Shown here: positions 56,701-64,000 of the stretch, one piece after another
How positions within the stretch are numbered: position 1 is the stretch's first letter
How the letters are laid out: each line of letters begins with the position of its first letter
Origin: a virus
IMG/VR virus record: IMGVR_UViG_3300021471_000007
Coordinates: 11,249 to 75,248 of that record
DNA length: 64,000 nt
Strand: one strand, 5' to 3'
Program-made: the position numbers and the translations under genes
Notes under the pieces: model-generated
The model's input: only the letters and a program-made list of their open reading frames with translations
Databases searched by the model: none
Told to the model about the DNA's origin: nothing

Positions 56701-57057
56701 ATTTAATGCGTCCTTATCAAACATTTCTGATATTCTATTGTAAGTTTCCTTTTCTAAATAAACGTTTGTCTTTGCATCATCTTCTGCTAATTGATTTAAC
56801 CTTGCCAGACCACCAACTGTTTCATCTGATGCATGTGTAATTAGTATATTATTAATATTATCAATATTGTGAACCGCTATTTGCTTTTCAACATCTCTTG
56901 TAACATCTATTAATAAACATTCATCACTTATAAATAAAGAAGATTGTAATCTTTTGTCCCTCGAATACGCCCTTTCAGCGCTTTTAGATGCAGGTGTATT
57001 AGCACCTTCTCTCGGTATTCTACCAGCTGGACCAGTACCAATAAAAACTAAATTCAT
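53716..57057 (-). CDS. multidomain ATP-dependent DNA ligase (MBL-fold, ASCH-like, DenV-like, NTase, ligase+OB, LigD-type 3'-phosphoesterase)
   Basis: ERKWDG, IDGEM, VWDI, EGAVVK, WLKYRK; GS...DIDVLI; FVMQWH.....HTDLR. Confidence 0.85.
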   Translation of the reverse strand: MNLVFIGTGPAGRIPREGANTPASKSAERAYSRDKRLQSSLFISDECLLIDVTRDVEKQIAVHNIDNINNILITHASDETVGGLARLNQLAEDDAKTNVYLEKETYNRISEMFDKDALNSFDFKFIEPYKEYEIGNLKVIPVTMPYSDTPDKIPNVGFILKNDVGSVFYCPFTSAPSSSTMSQKSRELIEKADVIIWDGSLWDGKSKTHNSILKSKKKLLKLNNKLIFFTNIGINVPRWKDAVRELKSIDSKFNIAFDGLSVSINELLDTPKKLSYGLYNADANKIYSGEQKELILPSTLDDFVGKEMYLFDDEYAYGTIFLYEPETIGESYMFDFDFVPYDEPKQAILPEEKFIILNEFRFIEELLNKPYKDYIKSIPDLPDKVLIDDHRILHAWYSTLKKKKDYSLKNGWNAEDIWNAHKFVVAEMKKRGFQHNTPLTPNPPHLQSEEMSQDISFIDSFTDIVINDSFVSLVGSTIENNRLGNDIDVLIRMAEPTSFIRRAVETRMIKMLNEEYPELAGKLHFIWGDEPGPHDTFVPLYDLVLKKREPRVVQMSAMRPQKPNPNAYYDMKDLVDAMFKKAKSWYVERKWDGFHISVDKANGDVQVITEDGSNISKSLNHFKSALSKLGTDFRIDGEMLWYDNGKWGSRINLLPFVQKGGETPDDSNIRLVVWDIIRYNGKNLKDLPLEERKKYLDKLHFNDTVMKIKSYKADNPKDALKYIKQVSKIKESEGAVVKETDAKYVSGDSTTWLKYRKLTTLHVRVLEKHKAGSANNYTVGIDVKNPDIYLQKYIVHLNGKTILKLGKTFNTKLNASPGDIIDISVQEVWRHEYKNGIRYSIHKPRVDTKRPDLHSTSNRRELERAVDALGVAIVEYGDTLEQDIKDAKHMGMIDQVLEAFVSAPFWDKRPEFLLDQTPAVFPKQKQDDFKRVMERGVPRKFVMQWHERGATNHTDLRMDVGDHLQGFTITEPANITQPNPFTKKKLAYKKYNTVDKLIQPKAWLKVQGVAPIGAPGSTKHFPGIFTIVDNGIYLPEVIEDHRMIFLMHSNDFKINPPKEARRPRESPDFPKRSLPIEGRFEVSIAHIGDRHVWLFYKLKDQSNLPYWIDKKKV

Positions 57058-58274
57058 TTTTTCTCCACCGGAACTTGTGTGTTTTCTTTTGGAGGCAGAT
57101 TCTCTGATTTTCGTATCATGTTCTCGAGCGTATCATCCATTGTTATAAGGTGTGAATTAACATATGATTTTATTCTGTCCATCTTTTGAGGATCTTGCCA
57201 AACCATTTTTGGAACCTTAGAGAATTTTCTCTCAAGTGCTATCGGTTTGAAAATATGATCTTCTATTTCATTTGAGATTCTCTTTTGTAACATCAATATG
57301 TTTCTTCTAAACAAATCATCCTGCTTCTCAAGGGTTGCTTTATTTGTATCCTCGCTTATGCCAGTAACATATGCTTTTGGTACACCCATTCCTGCTATTA
57401 TTAGATCCATGAAATATTCCAATGATATCTGCATTTTTTCTGGATTTTTTGATTCTAAATATTGTAAATCTACCCATTCCGGTATGGAAATAGAATCACT
57501 TGCTTCCATATTCTTAAGTTGCAAATCCATCCAATCTATGTCAGCTTGCGTTGCTGGTCTCTGTGGTGTCCCGCATTTTGCTATTATAATCGGATAACCT
57601 CTTCTAAACACAGCTTCACCAAGACCATTTTCAATGTTCATTTTGACTTCTATTGTATTATATAATGGTTCTATCAGCCCAATTCCATCAAGTGAATCAC
57701 CAACTGTGAAAAACCTGAAATGTACTATTTCATCAGTTTCAAAACGTATTGCTGGTTTTCCCATTTGTGTTACCAGTCTGCTTTGATCAATTGCAGATGT
57801 ATCAAAACCAAATGGAAGATATTGTACATAACCTTCTGGGCTACCGTCTTGTTTGTATTTTATTCGACCAACACTGTCTCTTACAAAATCCATTGATTTT
57901 GGATCAATCAAATCTAACGATATTATTTCAGTGCCAGCCTTATTACGTATGAGTTCAACATAAGAATTACCATAAATAGCCAGTTCCTGAACTATTTTTT
58001 GTAGAATTAGTCTAAAATCACAATCTTGCATAAACTGCTTCATTTCTGCTTCTTCCTTTTCATTACCACATTCCAATCCAAAATCATATGTAAGAAATTC
58101 TTGAACAATTTTATTAATAGCATTAAAAACCAAACCATCTCTAACATAAATCAATTCTAACTTTCTTCTGTCTATGCGCACAAGTTCTTGAGGGAGTCTT
58201 TTTGAAATTGGTTTCGATGCCTTTGCTTTAACATCCTTCAGAAAAACCGATGCAATCCTAGAAGTTAAACTCAT
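57054..58274 (-). CDS. portal protein
   Basis: After TerL; IYGNSYVE, EIVHFRF...DGIGLIEP, GMGVP. Confidence 0.9.
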   Translation of the reverse strand: MSLTSRIASVFLKDVKAKASKPISKRLPQELVRIDRRKLELIYVRDGLVFNAINKIVQEFLTYDFGLECGNEKEEAEMKQFMQDCDFRLILQKIVQELAIYGNSYVELIRNKAGTEIISLDLIDPKSMDFVRDSVGRIKYKQDGSPEGYVQYLPFGFDTSAIDQSRLVTQMGKPAIRFETDEIVHFRFFTVGDSLDGIGLIEPLYNTIEVKMNIENGLGEAVFRRGYPIIIAKCGTPQRPATQADIDWMDLQLKNMEASDSISIPEWVDLQYLESKNPEKMQISLEYFMDLIIAGMGVPKAYVTGISEDTNKATLEKQDDLFRRNILMLQKRISNEIEDHIFKPIALERKFSKVPKMVWQDPQKMDRIKSYVNSHLITMDDTLENMIRKSENLPPKENTQVPVEKK

Positions 58275-58289
58275 ACATTATATATGTAT

Positions 58290-58305
58290 TAAATAGGAAT
58301 ATAAA
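58290..58305 (-). promoter_or_regulatory. packaging-gene promoter TTTATATTCCTATTTA
   Basis: Identical to 1902-1917; 31 nt before portal ATG. Confidence 0.75.
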
Positions 58306-58313
58306 TGTATCGT

Positions 58314-59762
58314 TCAATTATACTTGGAAGCAGGTAATTTCATCCTTTTGTGTGACGCAATATAACGTACACCAGAACTATATGTTGTACCAGCATGCAA
58401 TGCCAAAGCTAATGAATCAACACAATCGTCGTGTTTAGCAACAGAAACATAGTTGTTAAACGATGATTTCTTATCTATTATTATATGAGAAAGTTCTTTT
58501 ATAAGTTGATCTGTTATAGAAACGGTGTTTGCATCTTCCTGATTTCTTGGTATTGTAACAGCACCGCTGTTTATCAAATTGATCATGTTTGAGTATATTT
58601 CCTTTTTATTTTTTGGTGCAAACACAAAGCCAGTTACAGGCATTCCTTTTGCTTGCATCTCTGATACAAACGTTACACCAAAATTAGATGCATCTGCAAG
58701 TATTTTGATCGGTTGGAATTTTTGATTTAAATCATACAATTTTCCTATTTGTTCTTTCCAATATACTCCACGCATACGCTCTATTTTTAATACTTCAAAT
58801 GTATCTTGTTTCTTTTCGACAACAGTAAATACTGTCCAGTCACCAACAGGAGATATAGCAAAATCTGCACCTATAAATATTTTTCTTTCTTTATTTTGAT
58901 TGTCAATATGATCAACAAATGATTTTTCAGGATCAAAGCATTTTACTATGTTTGTCAGCGGTATTGGACTCGTTTCATCAGCAACTATCTTTAATAGATA
59001 TTCTCTGTTAAAATCAGCAACACCCATTTCTTCTTTTGCTTCTTCCAACATTGATAACGGAAGTCCTTCTGGAAACAATGGTTCACCGTTTTTTCCGATT
59101 GCAGGGTATTCTTTATAAACAAACTTCGGATTCTCTTTGAATTTCTGCAACAAATCAACTAACGTTAATGGAGTTCCTATGCCAATTAAATGACCACCAA
59201 GACGCTTTATCGTAGGAGAAACCGCAGAATTGTATAAATGTACATCTTGATATAATGAAACTTCATCTAAAATGGCCCAATTAACATGCAAGGTTCTCAC
59301 CGAATTGCTAAACGGTTTGCAACGCATAGAACATCCTGTAGATGTATTTAATAATGTTTTTGTCCAAGACAAATTCTGAGTAGTTGGTTTTAAAACTCCC
59401 AAAATTTCATTGCCCTCTATATAATTTCTAACCTGACTTAAAAGATATTTCGAGTTTTGTAAATTATTTGATATAACAAGAAACTTTTCATACTTATGAA
59501 ACAACATTCTCCATAATGGAAAGTAAACACTAAGAACAGAAGTTTTCCCAGAGCCACGGCATGCTGCTATACAAGAAAGTTTGTTATTGATAAACATGTT
59601 AACCCATTCTTCATGAAAGGGTTTTATTATTATTTGTTTACCATCATTATTATATTTCAGAATATTTTCGCAGAAATATTTAAAATCCATCCTTGCTTTT
59701 AACATGAGTTCTTCATATGTTTCAGAATCAGATTCTTCCAATATTTGTCTTCGTGATAACAT
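58314..59762 (-). CDS. terL: terminase large subunit
   Basis: RGSGKT Walker A, AILDE Walker B, IGTP, IGADFA, HDDCVDSLAL; start refined to ATG 59762 (track 59780). Confidence 0.95.
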   Translation of the reverse strand: MLSRRQILEESDSETYEELMLKARMDFKYFCENILKYNNDGKQIIIKPFHEEWVNMFINNKLSCIAACRGSGKTSVLSVYFPLWRMLFHKYEKFLVISNNLQNSKYLLSQVRNYIEGNEILGVLKPTTQNLSWTKTLLNTSTGCSMRCKPFSNSVRTLHVNWAILDEVSLYQDVHLYNSAVSPTIKRLGGHLIGIGTPLTLVDLLQKFKENPKFVYKEYPAIGKNGEPLFPEGLPLSMLEEAKEEMGVADFNREYLLKIVADETSPIPLTNIVKCFDPEKSFVDHIDNQNKERKIFIGADFAISPVGDWTVFTVVEKKQDTFEVLKIERMRGVYWKEQIGKLYDLNQKFQPIKILADASNFGVTFVSEMQAKGMPVTGFVFAPKNKKEIYSNMINLINSGAVTIPRNQEDANTVSITDQLIKELSHIIIDKKSSFNNYVSVAKHDDCVDSLALALHAGTTYSSGVRYIASHKRMKLPASKYN

Positions 59763-59781
59763 ATATATATTATATGTCAAT

Positions 59782-59830
59782 TAGGAATATAAAGATTACA
59801 GGAGCGATGAGGCATTAACTTTATATATAC
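59782..59830. promoter_or_regulatory. divergent promoter pair
   Basis: Minus TTTATATTCCTA 59782-59793 (TerL); plus TTTATATATA from ~59820 (ORF 59851). Confidence 0.7.
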
Positions 59831-59850
59831 AATTTAACAATATATAGTAT

Positions 59851-60120
59851 ATGAAAAAGAAAAAAACACTAGACAAATACAAAGAAAGACTCATAAAGGA
59901 AGCAAAATCGAATGCAAAACTATCGTATGAATATACACAAGAATTGTCTAATCTAACACAAAAATATGCATTACAAAAGCTGGATGCATGCTACATAATA
60001 ATGGCATTAGAAATAATGAAAATGCATGTGTATCAAAAAACACAACAAACACCAATTAGCGAAGAAGAATTAAAAAAGATGATTGACAACATTGTGCCAG
60101 ATACGAGCTATATAGGATGA
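59851..60120 (+). CDS. hypothetical protein
   Basis: First gene of the + operon, leaderless spacing. Confidence 0.6.
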   Translation: MKKKKTLDKYKERLIKEAKSNAKLSYEYTQELSNLTQKYALQKLDACYIIMALEIMKMHVYQKTQQTPISEEELKKMIDNIVPDTSYIG

Positions 60121-60441
60121 TATTATGGGATACATATATGTGATAACAACAAACAAAGAATTGGATGAGAATGCAATATTGAAAATATTGGAAACATTCC
60201 CACAAATAAAAATATTCGGAAAAATATCATCACTGTTTCAAGAGATGAGATAATGAAATCTTATGTATGTAAAATATGCAAAATGAAATTGTTAGATATT
60301 AATGTAGATCACATAAATGGAAAAGCACTTTGCCCAATATGTGGTCAAGAAATGGTAGAGTCTGATGAATAATAATGACGAGATTTTAGAAGAATTGAGA
60401 GAAATAAAAGAATTACTTAGAAAAATGTATGAGGTGTTGAA

Positions 60442-60834
60442 ATGCATTTAATTGATAGTATACAAAACAGACATGTACCAGAACATGTATATTTAACCAT
60501 GCTAATACCAGCAGGTTCAAAAAAAGATGACATACTAAAGATACTTGCAATGGAATTGGAATCAGCAAACAGGATACAAGATAAAGTAAAAAGGGATAGT
60601 ACGGTTCTTGCATTCTTGACATTGATAGAAAACTTAAAAGATATGGAAATACCACGTAATGGTGTAGCATTTTTTGTTGAAGCGTTTCAACACACAATAG
60701 TTCGCAATCAACATTTATGGAGATTTATACCGCCAAAACCAATAAAGAAACAATTATTATGGATAGCAGATGCAAAAGAGGGTTTTGCAACACATGAAAT
60801 AGATGAGTACTATGACAAAAATAGAAGAAATTGA
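60442..60834 (+). CDS. stand-alone aRF1/eRF1 domain 1 homolog
   Basis: LTMLIPAG....I...L..EL.SA.RIQDK..R......L...LK...IPRNGVAFF...IPPKPIK; SD GAGGTG. Confidence 0.75.
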   Translation: MHLIDSIQNRHVPEHVYLTMLIPAGSKKDDILKILAMELESANRIQDKVKRDSTVLAFLTLIENLKDMEIPRNGVAFFVEAFQHTIVRNQHLWRFIPPKPIKKQLLWIADAKEGFATHEIDEYYDKNRRN

Positions 60835-60998
60835 AAAAAGGCTTCGTAGAATCGAAGAGCGAATAGCTGTGCTAGAAGAACGTTGGATGGCATTTGGTTA
60901 TAGCATTTACATAGAAAGTGAAAGAAAACCACAATAACATGTTCAACTTATTGAACGTAATGTTTTTGAAGTGTAAAATTTTGTACTATGATGATAAT

Positions 60999-61238
60999 AT
61001 GGATGAAAATAAACTCAAACCTGAAATAATAGTATGGAAAGACGTTCTGAAGCAGACTAATAGTGATTTCAATGAAGAAAGAAATCCGGATTACTATTTG
61101 GAGGTAATGACAACAATCGGATGGATATACAAGGAAACAAAAAACACTTTACTTATGGTACAAGAATACGACAGTAGCGGAGCAAGAGATTGGATAGCAA
61201 TACCAAAGTGTTTGATAATAAAGAGAACGCGATTATGA
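60999..61238 (+). CDS. conserved phage hypothetical protein
   Basis: IVWKD...TTIGWI..E......IPKCLI; start refined. Confidence 0.55.
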   Translation: MDENKLKPEIIVWKDVLKQTNSDFNEERNPDYYLEVMTTIGWIYKETKNTLLMVQEYDSSGARDWIAIPKCLIIKRTRL

Positions 61239-61513
61239 AATATAATCATTTCTTATTGCAAAAAGACATTGCAGACATGCTGCGCATGGACAATTATTAT
61301 GTTCTCGAAAATATGGCATATCCCTCTTACAAAAATACCATTGGAGAAATAGATGTAATTGGTTTCAAGAATGGTATAGAATTGTGGGAAATAAAAACCC
61401 GCAAGAAATATATATCAAAAGCAATTAATCAGCTGCTTCGCGAAGAACGATATTTTGGAACACATTGCGAAAAATATATTTATGCTGAAGACACAATATA
61501 TTATTTATGGTGA
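61235..61513 (+). CDS. small PD-(D/E)XK nuclease-like protein
   Basis: GEIDVI...WEIKT....KAINQL. Confidence 0.65.
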   Translation: MKYNHFLLQKDIADMLRMDNYYVLENMAYPSYKNTIGEIDVIGFKNGIELWEIKTRKKYISKAINQLLREERYFGTHCEKYIYAEDTIYYLW

Positions 61514-61517
61514 TTAC

Positions 61518-62315
61518 ATGTGGATAAACAATTGGATAAAAGGAATAATAAAATTAGCCGAGTTTAAAAGAGATAATTCTGAGCTGTTTGACGAAGTTGT
61601 AAATTCGCCTATACCGCTAAAAGAATTTATTGAGATGGACGAAAAGAAGACAATAGAAAGCTTAAAAACACAAAATAACGCTCTCAAAATTGAGCTACAG
61701 AAATATTTACCGAATCCGAGTGAAGAATACTGGAATAATAAGTATCCAAAAACCAACATAAACTATTTAAGACACGAAATTGATGGAAACTATGAAGTCG
61801 ACGTCAGAGATTTCTTCCAGATTTATGATAATAGAATACCAACAGTCGCTGGCAACAAAGACGACACTAAAGCATTTAATGCTCTAATGTGGGTAAGAAA
61901 AAACATAGAATATGTGCCCGACAAAACAAATTATGGTTATCCCGAATATTGGGCATATCCATATCAGACACTTAAAAGAGGATCCGGGGATTGCGAAGAT
62001 GGTAGCATTCTGCTGGCTAACATTATGGTAAAATCTGGAATACCATATTGGAAAGTGCGACTTTGCGCCGCTGATGTTTATAATAGAAAAGGCGAATATC
62101 TCGGCGGGCACTGCTACGTTACTTATTATTATGAAGACGGCAACAGATGGGTGTCACTCGACTGGTGCTTTTACCCAAACTCTCTCACAATAGACAAAAG
62201 ACCCGATTATAAAGATGAGATGATATACGGAAACGGCAGAGTTTGGTTCAGCTGGAATATGAAATATGCATTCGCCAAGTCAACCGCCATAGACTTCAAA
62301 AACATAAAGAGGTGA
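61518..62315 (+). CDS. transglutaminase-like cysteine protease
   Basis: WVRKNIEY, TLKRGSGDCED (Cys), GHCY (His), LDW (Asp). Confidence 0.85.
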   Translation: MWINNWIKGIIKLAEFKRDNSELFDEVVNSPIPLKEFIEMDEKKTIESLKTQNNALKIELQKYLPNPSEEYWNNKYPKTNINYLRHEIDGNYEVDVRDFFQIYDNRIPTVAGNKDDTKAFNALMWVRKNIEYVPDKTNYGYPEYWAYPYQTLKRGSGDCEDGSILLANIMVKSGIPYWKVRLCAADVYNRKGEYLGGHCYVTYYYEDGNRWVSLDWCFYPNSLTIDKRPDYKDEMIYGNGRVWFSWNMKYAFAKSTAIDFKNIKR

Positions 62316-62319
62316 ATTT

Positions 62320-62535
62320 ATGAGCAGCATACGCAAGCTAAAAAAAGAATTAAGAGAGCTCGACGGCCGATTAGACGCAATCGAGCAAATAATACCCGAA
62401 GAAGACATTAATATTGCAGGCAGCGCATATATTGCGAGAAAGCTTGAGATCTACGGAAATTATTTCGGATTGAAGAAAAATCACGCTAAACAGTTTTACA
62501 ACGGTAGACAGAGTTCTATAGACGATTACGAGTGA
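62320..62535 (+). CDS. hypothetical protein
   Basis: SD GAGGTGA. Confidence 0.55.
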   Translation: MSSIRKLKKELRELDGRLDAIEQIIPEEDINIAGSAYIARKLEIYGNYFGLKKNHAKQFYNGRQSSIDDYE

Positions 62536-62583
62536 GATTTTTGGAACCTGTAAAATTATAACGGGATGTGACTTACGTATTAT

Positions 62584-62686
62584 CAAAATCCGTTTAGGAA
62601 ATTCACCACCCGTTAGAGACAAAAATCGTTTACTACTAATTGGGAACACTCACCACCAGTTAGGAACAAATCCGATTTATATACTA
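62584..62686. repeat. degenerate ~47-bp tandem repeat next to an AT-rich tract (putative origin/terminus)
   Basis: TCACCACC.GTTAG at 62603 and 62650; CAAA..CG.TTTA three times. Confidence 0.55.
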
Positions 62687-63025
62687 TAACATATAAATCA
62701 AAAACGCTATATTCTATTATATATTTCATTATATTTATTTCTTAATATATCAATTCAAATATGTCTATTCAGCATTATAAATTAATATAAAAAGTTCGTC
62801 AATTGACGGTTCCGTTAACTTTATATATTCTTAATACAAATTAATTAATAGTGATGTGCTATATAACTGAGAGATGTTATATAGTAAAGATATATGATAT
62901 AACAATATTTATTAAGATGTTACTATGATATGAGTAGAATTAATAAATAAATGTTATAAATGATTATAGTCACCGTGAAGTGACACCATAGGCCAGTTTA
63001 AATAAAAATTGTGAGTGTGATATAA

Positions 63026-63520
63026 ATGACTATGAATATATATAAAGATGTAAATTTAAAACAAAAATCAAATAGCAAGACATTTGATACAAGATTTAAA
63101 AAGCAACATATACAAGAGATTTTAAAAGAATTAAAAAACAATTCAGAAATAAAAACCAATTTAAACACGCTATTAAATACTCTAAAACTACAATATAGAA
63201 ATACAACAACAACAAATAGAATAATATTTGAATTAAAAAACTATATACACATAAACAACGCTTTTATAGAGTATAAAGAGAAACACAATAAGAGAGAATT
63301 AAAAGCACTATTAGAGAAATATAATCTAAAAGAGAGCGACTTCTTCAATAAAGAATTGAATATTAATGTAGAACAAAAAAAAGTAACAATAGATAACAAA
63401 ACAATAAACATTATACATATATATAGAGATAATAACTTTAAGTATAATCATAGAAGCAATAAATCATTTAACAAATGTCTATGCTCAGTATTCAGTGATA
63501 AATATGCAAATCAAGAATAA
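63026..63520 (+). CDS. hypothetical protein
   Basis: ORF track; very A-rich. Confidence 0.6.
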   Translation: MTMNIYKDVNLKQKSNSKTFDTRFKKQHIQEILKELKNNSEIKTNLNTLLNTLKLQYRNTTTTNRIIFELKNYIHINNAFIEYKEKHNKRELKALLEKYNLKESDFFNKELNINVEQKKVTIDNKTINIIHIYRDNNFKYNHRSNKSFNKCLCSVFSDKYANQE

Positions 63521-63704
63521 AAGCAGAATATTAAGAGAAATACAATTAAATCAAACCGCAATCCAGCATATAATAGATGTCTCAGATAGAGAAATAAACA
63601 AACTTAAAAAAATGCGGGATAAAGAAATAAAGCGACTAATAAAAGAGAATAAACAATTAGAGAGAGAATTAAAAAATCTCTCTCACACCCCTTTTTATTA
63701 TTAA
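63495..63704 (+). CDS. hypothetical coiled-coil protein
   Basis: ORF track. Confidence 0.55.
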   Translation: MINMQIKNKSRILREIQLNQTAIQHIIDVSDREINKLKKMRDKEIKRLIKENKQLERELKNLSHTPFYY

Positions 63705-63734
63705 GTAGTAAATAAAATAATTGGAGGCGATTTA

Positions 63735-63821
63735 ATGCAGAAATATATAAAAGTGGAGGATGAAGACGGCAAAACTCACTACTTAGAAATAGTGGAGAGA
63801 AAGCCCTGGCGCTGGTTTTAG
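63735..63821 (+). CDS. 28-aa microprotein
   Basis: SD GGAGGCGA; MQKYIKVEDEDGKTHYLEIVERKPWRWF. Confidence 0.5.
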   Translation: MQKYIKVEDEDGKTHYLEIVERKPWRWF

Positions 63822-63838
63822 GCGCTGGGGCTTTTTTT
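63800..63838 (+). terminator. GC-rich hairpin + poly-U terminator
   Basis: AAAGCCCTGGCGC...GCGCTGGGGCTTTTTTT. Confidence 0.6.
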
Positions 63839-64000
63839 AGGTCGCTCTATTTGGTACCAAGCGGTAACAATTATTTTTTTTTTTGCGGCGCCAGACGGAA
63901 CGTTAGTTTAAGCGGCACCGCTGCGGAACGTAATTTAAAGGCCAAGCCGGCCATCCGGATAGGCGCTGCATGGAACAACGTGGCGCTGAATATGGAAAAC

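Noticed and set aside
62584-62686. Mini CRISPR array
   Set aside because: Only two degenerate units, similar along their whole length, with no unique spacers
1-64000. Provirus boundaries or terminal repeats
   Set aside because: No integrase, att-like tRNA end, host housekeeping block or end-to-end repeat recognised; completeness cannot be established from this window

Overview
Most or all of a low-GC tailed archaeal virus genome (Caudoviricetes, siphovirus-type: no tail sheath seen). Archaeal signals are TTTATA TATA boxes, GGAGGTGA ribosome-binding sites, an archaeal RNase HII and an aRF1-derived gene. A PriS-PriX-type fused primase and large N-glycosylation-sequon-rich surface proteins suggest a DPANN host (inference). 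There are two opposed arms. The + strand arm (59.85-64 kb and 0-17.3 kb) carries replication and accessory genes: primase, MCM-like helicase, OB-fold SSB, Hjc, Cas4-like nuclease, DNA MTase, glycosyl- and methyltransferases, and many Zn-ribbon microproteins. The - strand arm (59.76 to 17.3 kb) is morphogenetic: TerL, portal, a multidomain DNA ligase, a ~16 kb fibre/adhesin cassette, protease-scaffold, MCP, neck, two tail tubes, a frameshifting chaperone, TMP, Dit, a giant adhesin, hub, holin and an intein-containing phosphoesterase. No DNA polymerase, integrase, CRISPR array or canonical tRNA was recognised. Top leads are (1) a 1113-aa MBL/ASCH/DenV-like/NTase/ligase/LigD-phosphoesterase protein encoded next to the portal, (2) a stand-alone aRF1 stop-codon-recognition domain with rewritten motifs, plus SD-preceded ORFs that seem to start at ACG/ATT, and (3) signal-peptide-bearing giant glycoproteins inside virion operons together with viral glycosylation genes. 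All assignments come from motif recognition by eye; no searches were run.
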